From Candidatus Azobacteroides sp. (lineage in GTDB: Bacteria; Bacteroidota; Bacteroidia; Bacteroidales; Azobacteroidaceae): 64,000 nt of DNA. Below the pieces are notes generated by a model, which did not search any database, was not told the origin of the DNA, and saw only the letters and a list, made by a program, of their open reading frames with translations. The position numbers were made by a program, and so were the translations under genes. How positions within the stretch are numbered: the first letter of the stretch is position 1; each line of letters opens with the position of its first letter. Shown here in pieces: positions 57,174 to 64,000 of the stretch. The stretch covers positions 2,171-66,170 of the forward strand of contig WRFY01000124.1 of the NCBI GenBank assembly GCA_009783445.1. Direction: 5' to 3'.

Positions 57174-60100
57174 ATGAGTAAAAACGACAAAAAGCAGGAT
57201 AGTAGAAAACAGCTCTGTCTGTTTCTAATGCTATTATGGATCGGCGTCTGTCATTTGCATGCCCAAACCTCGAGCGAACTGACCGTAAGAGGGGTTGTAA
57301 CGGGCGCCGGCGAAACACTCCCGGGCGCGAGTGTTGTGGTAAAAGGCACCTCTCAGGGGACTGCTACCGATTCGGATGGGAACTACTCTCTTACAGTTCC
57401 AAACGAGAAAGCAGTTTTGGTTTTCAGCTACTTGGGCTATCTTAACCAAGAAGTCACGGTGGGAAGCCGGAAAGTAATTGATGTAACTCTTGCAGAAGAT
57501 TTAAGAACGCTGGACGAAGTAGTCGTTGTCGGTTACGGTACGATGAAAAAGAGCGATCTAACGGGAGCAGTAACTTCGGTTAAAAGCGATGCTATTCTGA
57601 AATCCGTGCCGACTTCGCTCGACCAGGTATTGCAGGGACGTGCAGCGGGTGTACAAGTCGTGCAAAATGCGGGTAATCCGGGTGCAAGCGCTTCTATCCG
57701 CATTCGAGGCATCAATTCGATAAACGCTTCCACTGAACCAATCTATGTGATTGACGGCGTTATAATTAATGGAGGAGCAACTACAGGCCTCAGCGCATCG
57801 GCCAGCACCAATCCATTGGCATCTATTAATCCAATGGATATCGTTTCGATGGATATCTTGAAAGATGCCTCGGCAACGGCTATTTATGGCGCGCAAGCTT
57901 CCAATGGCGTGATTATCGTCAATACCACCAGAGGGAAAAAAGGCGAAGCTACGATTAATTACAACGGCTACGTCGGTTGGCAGGAATTGCCGAGACATTT
58001 GAATGTACTCAATTTGCGGCAACAAGCAACGCTTCGCAATGAGAAGGTGGAAAAAGGGGTAGCAAATCTAACCCCCTACAATAGCTTTGTACGCCCGGAC
58101 TTGTTGGGACCGGGTACGGATTGGCAAAATGAATTGTTTAATGTGGCTCCGATGACCAGCCACAATCTTTCTATTTCGGGTGGAAGCGACAAATCTACTT
58201 ACAGTTTATCGGCAGGATATTCCAATCAAAATGGGATTGCAGAAGGTTCGGGATTCCGCCGTTTGAACCTGTCAGGTAGTTTAGATTCGCAAGTAAAGGA
58301 ATGGGCGCGCGCGGGCGTTAATTTTGCATTTTCCAATACCCGTCAAAAACTGACTCTATCCGACAACACCTTGGGATCCAACCCTTCGTTGGTATTAACA
58401 GCTCTAAGCGCTAATCCCAGCGTGCCTGTACGCAACAACGACGGCACATTCGGTATGCCTGAAGGCCAATTTTCGGGGGGTGGTATCAATCCTTTAGCCA
58501 AAGCGCTAATGATCGATAATCACCAATACAATTCGGGGGGAAGAGCCAATACTTTTGTGGAATTGACGCCTTCTTTTGTGAAAGGATTGTCGTATCGGAC
58601 GGAATTTTCTTTTGATTTGAATTTTTACAACACGTTTCTTTTTGTACCCAGTTACTATTTGGCTGACTGGGACGCTCAACTTGTCAATCAAAGAACAGAT
58701 ACAAAACAATATAACGTATATTACAGCTGGCGCAATATTCTTACCTACGACAAGCAGTTCGGCGTGAATAAAATTACGGCCATGCTCGGACAGGAAATGT
58801 CGAAGTCCACTTGGGATTATCTTCAAGGCTCTCGCCCAGGATTGCCTACCAATGGAGCTACGGATATAAGATTAGGCGATCCTTCAAGAGCCGCAAATGA
58901 TGGTTATACGGGTGAAAGCTCCTTGTTGTCGTATTTTGGACGTTTATTCTATTCGCTGGAAGATAAATATTTACTTACGGCCACTTTGCGTCGGGACGGT
59001 TCTTCCAAATTTGCTCCCAAGAACCGGTGGGGCTGGTTTCCTTCGTTTGCTTTGGCATACAGAATTTCGGAAGAAAGTTTTCTGAAAGACAATGAAACGA
59101 TCAACAATTTGAAATTTCGCGCGGGTTGGGGTTTGGTAGGGAACCAAGACATCCCCGACAACCATGCGTGGTTGCCTGTATATACCGCAGTAGCATCCCC
59201 CTGGAGTTCGGGATTGCAAGCCTCCAATACGCCAAACGAAAAGTTGGTATGGGAAAGCACCAATTCTACCAACGTGGGATTTGATTTAGGCTTGCTGAAA
59301 AACCGTATTGAAGTCATTCTTGATCTCTATTATAAAAAGACAAACAATCTTTTAATGCAAGCGCCGCTGCCGGCATACGTAGGTACAAGCGGTACAGGCG
59401 GAAGCACTCCTCCATGGGTCAATTTGGGATCTTTGCGAAACCAAGGACTTGAAGTTACGGTGAATACGCAAAACATTGTAACGAGAAATTTTCAATGGAA
59501 CACGAATGTTGTCTTTTCACTCAACCGGAATAAAGTGCTCTCGTTGAATACGGCTTCAGGCCAAGACCTCCGCTATGCGTCCGATAACTTTTTTGGAGGA
59601 CAGACTACTATTGTAACCCGCTCTGTGGTAGGAAAACCCATCGGGCAATTCTATGGTTATCAGGTAATCGGACGTTTTGAAAAAGCAACCGATTTGTATA
59701 GGACGAACGACCAAGGAGAAATTGTGCGCACCCCGGTATTCACCACCACCAGCGGTTTATTGCCTATTGACGAGGGAGCAGGCGTTTGGATTGGCGATTA
59801 CATTTACCGCGACGTGAACAACGACGGGCAAATAGACGAAAAAGACCGCACATTTATTGGCAATCCGGAGCCGAAATTTACGTATGGCATCAACAATAAT
59901 TTTACTTTCAAAAACTGGGATTTAGGCATACAATTAGTTGGCGTGTATGGCAATGATGTGGTCAATTATTTGAGACGGTATATGGACGATCCGTATTTTA
60001 GCGTCACCAATTTATTTGCGCGAGCGCTAAATTATGCAAAATTGGACCTGATTGATCCAGCTGGACCGAACGATTACCGCAATGTAAAAATAGTAGGAGG

Positions 60101-60431
60101 AGACCCCCACGCGCCGCGTCTGTCGTTGTCTGGAGCAACAGATGACCACAACTATGCGTTTTCCGACCGATTTGTAGAAGACGGCTCGTATTTGAGAATT
60201 CAAAACGTTTCGCTTGCCTATAGTTTTCCGAGAAATTGGCTGCGCCATACAGGAATCAGCAATCTGAAACTGTATGCGAATTTGCAAAATCTGTATACCT
60301 TTACCAAATATAAGGGCTTTGACCCTGAAATTGGTACAGACGGATCCGGTACTCAAAGGACGACAGGCGTTGATACTGGACGTTATCCTTCTCCCCGTAT
60401 TTATACTTTTGGACTTAATCTAACATTTTAA
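57174..60431 (+). CDS. SusC/RagA family TonB-linked outer membrane protein (second pair)
   Basis: VRGVVTGAGETLPGASVVVKGT CarboxypepD_reg, plug MDILKDASATAIYGAQASNGVIIVNT and a terminal F. Confidence 0.92.
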   Translation: MSKNDKKQDSRKQLCLFLMLLWIGVCHLHAQTSSELTVRGVVTGAGETLPGASVVVKGTSQGTATDSDGNYSLTVPNEKAVLVFSYLGYLNQEVTVGSRKVIDVTLAEDLRTLDEVVVVGYGTMKKSDLTGAVTSVKSDAILKSVPTSLDQVLQGRAAGVQVVQNAGNPGASASIRIRGINSINASTEPIYVIDGVIINGGATTGLSASASTNPLASINPMDIVSMDILKDASATAIYGAQASNGVIIVNTTRGKKGEATINYNGYVGWQELPRHLNVLNLRQQATLRNEKVEKGVANLTPYNSFVRPDLLGPGTDWQNELFNVAPMTSHNLSISGGSDKSTYSLSAGYSNQNGIAEGSGFRRLNLSGSLDSQVKEWARAGVNFAFSNTRQKLTLSDNTLGSNPSLVLTALSANPSVPVRNNDGTFGMPEGQFSGGGINPLAKALMIDNHQYNSGGRANTFVELTPSFVKGLSYRTEFSFDLNFYNTFLFVPSYYLADWDAQLVNQRTDTKQYNVYYSWRNILTYDKQFGVNKITAMLGQEMSKSTWDYLQGSRPGLPTNGATDIRLGDPSRAANDGYTGESSLLSYFGRLFYSLEDKYLLTATLRRDGSSKFAPKNRWGWFPSFALAYRISEESFLKDNETINNLKFRAGWGLVGNQDIPDNHAWLPVYTAVASPWSSGLQASNTPNEKLVWESTNSTNVGFDLGLLKNRIEVILDLYYKKTNNLLMQAPLPAYVGTSGTGGSTPPWVNLGSLRNQGLEVTVNTQNIVTRNFQWNTNVVFSLNRNKVLSLNTASGQDLRYASDNFFGGQTTIVTRSVVGKPIGQFYGYQVIGRFEKATDLYRTNDQGEIVRTPVFTTTSGLLPIDEGAGVWIGDYIYRDVNNDGQIDEKDRTFIGNPEPKFTYGINNNFTFKNWDLGIQLVGVYGNDVVNYLRRYMDDPYFSVTNLFARALNYAKLDLIDPAGPNDYRNVKIVGGDPHAPRLSLSGATDDHNYAFSDRFVEDGSYLRIQNVSLAYSFPRNWLRHTGISNLKLYANLQNLYTFTKYKGFDPEIGTDGSGTQRTTGVDTGRYPSPRIYTFGLNLTF

Positions 60432-60448
60432 TGAAGATAATAATATAT

Positions 60449-62122
60449 ATGAAAAAAATAGCTTTTTTAACGCTGCTCAGTTTGATAGTGTTCGGCTCTT
60501 GCAGCGATTTTTTAGATATCAAACCGAATGATATAATTATAGGCGATGCCTTGGCTGAAGAAAATTTGGATGCGTTGACTTCGCCTTTGTATAATAAGGC
60601 GTGGTATGATTACAACAATCAATTTTACTACGCCATGGAGGGTATGGCCTATAATTTGGAACACAATGCGGACTATATTGGATACTTTACGCATTTAACT
60701 TTTACAGGACAAACCAGTTGTTTAGTAGCGGCATGGGGATCCTTTTACAATGTGATACAGATGGCCAATAAAGTAATTATCAGCGTTAATTCTGTAAATG
60801 CAGAGGAAACCAAAAAAACTCAATGTATTGCTGAAGCGCGTTTTATGCGGGGTTTAGCTTATTGGTATCTGGCTTCGCTGTGGGGCGATGTGATCCTTTC
60901 AGACGACCCGACTCCTCTGGTCAATAATCCGCTTGTAAATAAAAATCCCAAAAGCGATGTATATGAATTCGCTATCCGCGATATGGAGTTTGCCGCTAAA
61001 TACTTGCCCGAAACTTCGTCGGCAGCAGGTCGCCTCAACCGTTATTGTGCGTTTGGTATGTTGTCGCGCCTCTATTTGGATTATTCCGGTTTTAAGGCAT
61101 CCAATTTCGGCGACAATCCAAACGTAGGTACTCGCGATGCAGAATATCTGGGTTTGGCTCAAAAAGCCGCGGCAAAAGTGATCGGAAGCGGCCAATTCAA
61201 ATTGCTGGATAATTACGAAAATTTGTTTCAAATTGCTAATAATGACAATTCAGAAACCCTCTTTGCCTTTCAATGGGTGGGGGGACTTGATGGCAATAGC
61301 AATGCAGGATTTGGCCTTACCAATTCGCAGGCTTCTTATCTTGCTTTCACCAGCCTAATTTGCGGCGATGGAGGCTGGGGCGCATTTACAGAAATCACCT
61401 ACGACATGGCGAAGGAATATGAATCGACCGATACCATTCGTCGCCGTGCTACCTGGATGGGAGCGGGAGACTATTATCCTGAACTCAACTCAACTGATGG
61501 CGGATTCCGCATTGGCAACGGCGAGGACGAATACAACAGCGGACACGACCCGTATAACAGCTGTTTGAATGTAAAAAAAGGCGTTACCGGTAATGTGAAA
61601 GACGATCCGGCCATTAACGCTCGTAATTCGGGAGTGGATAACTATATGTTGCGCTATGCCGAAGTGTTGTTGAACTATGCCGATGCAACGCTTGGTAACA
61701 ACGCCAGTCTCGATAATGCCACAGCATTGGGATATTTCAATGCAGTACGTACCCGCGCAGGTCTTCCGGCAAAAACGAGCGTTACTTATGAAGATTTGCG
61801 CCACGAACGACGGGTAGAATTTTGCATGGAAGGACGTTACTGGTTCGATTTGGTGGCTCGCTCTTATTACCGGCAATCGGAAGTAATTAGTTACATTACT
61901 GCGCAAGATCGGGGAACTGTTCCAGCATTTCTGTTTGATGCGCCCAATAATCTGCGCATCAACCCCGACAAAAATTCCACCACACGCGCAGTAGGAGAGA
62001 TTAAAGCGGGAACTTTTAAGCTGCCTTATCCTGAGTCGGAATTAATACAAAATCCCAAATTGGGCGACGCTGCCGCTTCTTATCAATTTACGGAAGAGAG
62101 GATTACGGATTTATTCAATTAA
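60449..62122 (+). CDS. SusD/RagB family nutrient-binding outer membrane lipoprotein (second pair)
   Basis: Lipobox (VFGSCSD), RFMRGLAYWYLASLWGDVIL and ERRVEFCMEGRYWFDLVAR. Start moved to the ATG at 60449. Confidence 0.9.
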   Translation: MKKIAFLTLLSLIVFGSCSDFLDIKPNDIIIGDALAEENLDALTSPLYNKAWYDYNNQFYYAMEGMAYNLEHNADYIGYFTHLTFTGQTSCLVAAWGSFYNVIQMANKVIISVNSVNAEETKKTQCIAEARFMRGLAYWYLASLWGDVILSDDPTPLVNNPLVNKNPKSDVYEFAIRDMEFAAKYLPETSSAAGRLNRYCAFGMLSRLYLDYSGFKASNFGDNPNVGTRDAEYLGLAQKAAAKVIGSGQFKLLDNYENLFQIANNDNSETLFAFQWVGGLDGNSNAGFGLTNSQASYLAFTSLICGDGGWGAFTEITYDMAKEYESTDTIRRRATWMGAGDYYPELNSTDGGFRIGNGEDEYNSGHDPYNSCLNVKKGVTGNVKDDPAINARNSGVDNYMLRYAEVLLNYADATLGNNASLDNATALGYFNAVRTRAGLPAKTSVTYEDLRHERRVEFCMEGRYWFDLVARSYYRQSEVISYITAQDRGTVPAFLFDAPNNLRINPDKNSTTRAVGEIKAGTFKLPYPESELIQNPKLGDAAASYQFTEERITDLFN

Positions 62123-62135
62123 AAATGGAGAAAAT

Positions 62136-63497
62136 ATGAAAAATATAATATTAAAAAACAGTTGGACTTTGGCTCTTTTGCTTTGCAGCGTAGTCCTGTT
62201 CAATTCCTGCAAAGATAAGGATGATTGGGGTGAAAACTTTAAAAAGAATTCCAGTGCGCCTTTAATAACAAATATATACCTCGAAGATGCAAATTCCAGT
62301 GTTCCTGATCGCAAAGTGGACTTTGCACGTTTGGGACAAACCATCCGCCTTGAAGGAGAAAATTTTCTGGGCGTCGACAAAGTAGTGATCAATGGTTACG
62401 AAATTACTTTCAGTCCCACGCTTATGTCTAATAATTCTATGATTGTACAGATCAGCAGCAAAGTTCCAACCGTTGATGCTGCCGACGATGTACGAGACAA
62501 AATCGTTTTGGAGAAGAAGGGAGTGGACCCCTACACTTATACCTTTGAAATCCGGGCGGCTGCGCCTACGATTACCAACATTTCCCATAGCATGGCAAAA
62601 GCCGGAGATCGGATTACGTTGACTGGTACTGGATTGCAAGAAATTACAACCGTGACTTTTCCGGGCAATAAGGTAGTGAATACCGGCATTGTTTCCGACG
62701 ACGAAAACGGACTATCCTTCTCGGTTACGGTTCCTGAAGGCGTATCGGACGAAGGCGGAGCCATTTTGGCAGTCGGCGCTAACGGCGGCGCTTACTCGCC
62801 AGCCTGTTTTAACTACAAAAAAGGTTTGCTGCATAACTTCGACGACGTGCGGAATTTTTCGTGGGGACAAGGGGCAGGGTTGACTGAAGACACCATCCTT
62901 CTGACCGATTTGATTCCCACTTCGGGCAACGGGCCCAAATCTCAGGGCGGATATAAGGAATTTAATTCCGGTGGCAATTTAGCCGCAGGTACCAGTCAGC
63001 GTTTCTGGCTCAACTCCGCGAATGCAGCCATTACGGCGGCCTTAAATACGATACCTGCTTCCACTTCTGCAGACGAGTGTGGTATTCAAATGGATATTTA
63101 TGTGGTAGGCGAATGGAATTCAGGCTTTATCCGCTTCGCGGTCGTTGACGGTTACGGAGACGGGAGATATTGTATGGTCTATCAACCAGTATATGTGGAT
63201 AAGGTTTATACTCCGAGCGCTTTTGTCAATCCGAATTGTTGGTTTACTATAACCCTGCCGTTTGGCTCCGGCCCTGATTTTGCCGGCCAAATGTACGGCG
63301 ATATAGTTTCTGCAATAGGGCAAGCTCCTTACCTACAGATAGGTCCATGGCTTGACAATACGAAACTGAGATACACTATCAATCAAGTAGACGAAAATAT
63401 CTTCAATCCGGTACCTGCGACCGAAAAAGTGTATTTCGACAACATTCGCGTAGTGCCATTGACGACGCCTCCTTACAGCGATTTTCCGGATGAATGA
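62136..63497 (+). CDS. surface glycan-binding lipoprotein candidate (IPT/TIG-like repeats, SusE/F position)
   Basis: Lipobox (LFNSCKD). Two Ig-like segments (GQTIRLEGENFLGVDKVVINGYEI; GDRITLTGTGLQEITTVTFPGNKVV) and a position after SusD. Confidence 0.55.
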   Translation: MKNIILKNSWTLALLLCSVVLFNSCKDKDDWGENFKKNSSAPLITNIYLEDANSSVPDRKVDFARLGQTIRLEGENFLGVDKVVINGYEITFSPTLMSNNSMIVQISSKVPTVDAADDVRDKIVLEKKGVDPYTYTFEIRAAAPTITNISHSMAKAGDRITLTGTGLQEITTVTFPGNKVVNTGIVSDDENGLSFSVTVPEGVSDEGGAILAVGANGGAYSPACFNYKKGLLHNFDDVRNFSWGQGAGLTEDTILLTDLIPTSGNGPKSQGGYKEFNSGGNLAAGTSQRFWLNSANAAITAALNTIPASTSADECGIQMDIYVVGEWNSGFIRFAVVDGYGDGRYCMVYQPVYVDKVYTPSAFVNPNCWFTITLPFGSGPDFAGQMYGDIVSAIGQAPYLQIGPWLDNTKLRYTINQVDENIFNPVPATEKVYFDNIRVVPLTTPPYSDFPDE

Positions 63498-63525
63498 GTA
63501 TAAATAACGAATTAATAGATTTATT

Positions 63526-64000
63526 ATGAATATGAAAATAAAAATAAAAAATATCCTGTCGCTTATCCTGCTTGCGGGGGTAGTGAGTTTGAATTCCTGC
63601 TACGACGAAAAAATGGAATGGGGAGATACTTATACCCATCCTGCGACGACGGCGGAATTACCCCTAGCCTTGAAAGAAGCGATTTCCCGATACGAAGTAT
63701 TAAAGAATTATACCGATTTTACATTGGGCGCAGGCATCGATTTTACGCTATATCAGAATAATGCCGCTTATAGTGATATTGTCAATAAAAACTTCACCGA
63801 AATTACGCCCGGAAACGAAATGAAGCACTATTCTGTTGTGGATAATAAAGGCGCTTTAAATTTTACCTTATTAGATAAGGTATTTCCTATGTTGAAAGCA
63901 AGCGGACTGACGGTTTATGGCCATACCTTAGTGTGGCATCAAAATCAGAATGCCACTTATCTGAATGGATTGATAGCGCCAACCATCATTCCCGGTACTC
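63526..64000 (+). CDS. GH10 endo-1,4-beta-xylanase, N-terminal part (runs off window end; not in the ORF track)
   Basis: Hand translation gives MNMKIKIKNILSLILLAGVVSLNSCYDE...FTLGAGIDF...NFTEITPGNEMKH...LTVYGHTLVWHQNQNATYLNG, a canonical GH10 N-terminal pattern. Confidence 0.7.
   Translation, partial: MNMKIKIKNILSLILLAGVVSLNSCYDEKMEWGDTYTHPATTAELPLALKEAISRYEVLKNYTDFTLGAGIDFTLYQNNAAYSDIVNKNFTEITPGNEMKHYSVVDNKGALNFTLLDKVFPMLKASGLTVYGHTLVWHQNQNATYLNGLIAPTIIPGT

Overview
The window looks like a Bacteroidota (Bacteroidales-like) chromosome. The evidence is two SusC/SusD pairs, a T9SS C-terminal sorting domain, DUF5063 and DUF2723 genes, and TAnnTTTG-type -7 boxes. All calls come from reading the ORF translations and the DNA by eye. 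No homology search or folding program was run, and start codons are approximate.

Gene content:
- 1-5.6 kb (minus strand): housekeeping and envelope genes, namely a PduO-type adenosyltransferase, a SAM methyltransferase, a polysaccharide deacetylase and a DUF2723 protein.
- 5.8-14.1 kb (minus strand): the most interesting locus, a tight RiPP/bacteriocin-type operon. Most of its upstream part (from about 11.65 kb) lies in a visibly AT-rich stretch that runs on to about 14.76 kb.
  - A 56-codon GG-leader precursor that is absent from the ORF track (13212-13382).
  - A radical-SAM/SPASM maturase.
  - An embedded TonB-dependent-receptor-like outer-membrane barrel.
  - A C39-peptidase ABC exporter.
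  - A truncated HlyD-like adaptor.
  - A lipoprotein followed by a strong terminator.
  - A stand-alone LytTR regulator upstream, whose own upstream region carries a roughly 150-nt long imperfect hairpin.
- 14.7-22.9 kb (minus strand): a FemAB/GNAT-like gene, a polyprenyl glycosylphosphotransferase, an OmpA-family protein and a single-polypeptide CarA-CarB carbamoyl-phosphate synthase (1443 aa).
- 23-31 kb: a T9SS-sorted surface protein, glutamate formimidoyltransferase, lepA, a DUF5063 protein, a 3'-5' exonuclease and an RlmI-like methyltransferase.
- 31.2-38.7 kb: the ilvD-ilvB-ilvN-thioesterase-ilvC operon. It is preceded by an apparent leader-peptide attenuator. It is interrupted twice, by a 5'-truncated GIY-YIG remnant and by an AT-rich 0.9-kb insertion of tiny ORFs.
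- 38.7-41.4 kb: a 902-aa helicase that appears to combine a RelE/ParE-like N-terminus, an SF1 helicase core and an ankyrin-like region.
- 41.9-64 kb: a tandem xylan-type PUL containing two SusC/SusD pairs, a GH10-like protein with degenerate catalytic motifs, an esterase, GH9-like and GH115 enzymes, a surface glycan-binding protein (SGBP) and a partial GH10. A tandemly duplicated palindromic MITE-like repeat lies inside it.

No rRNA, tRNA or CRISPR array was seen.
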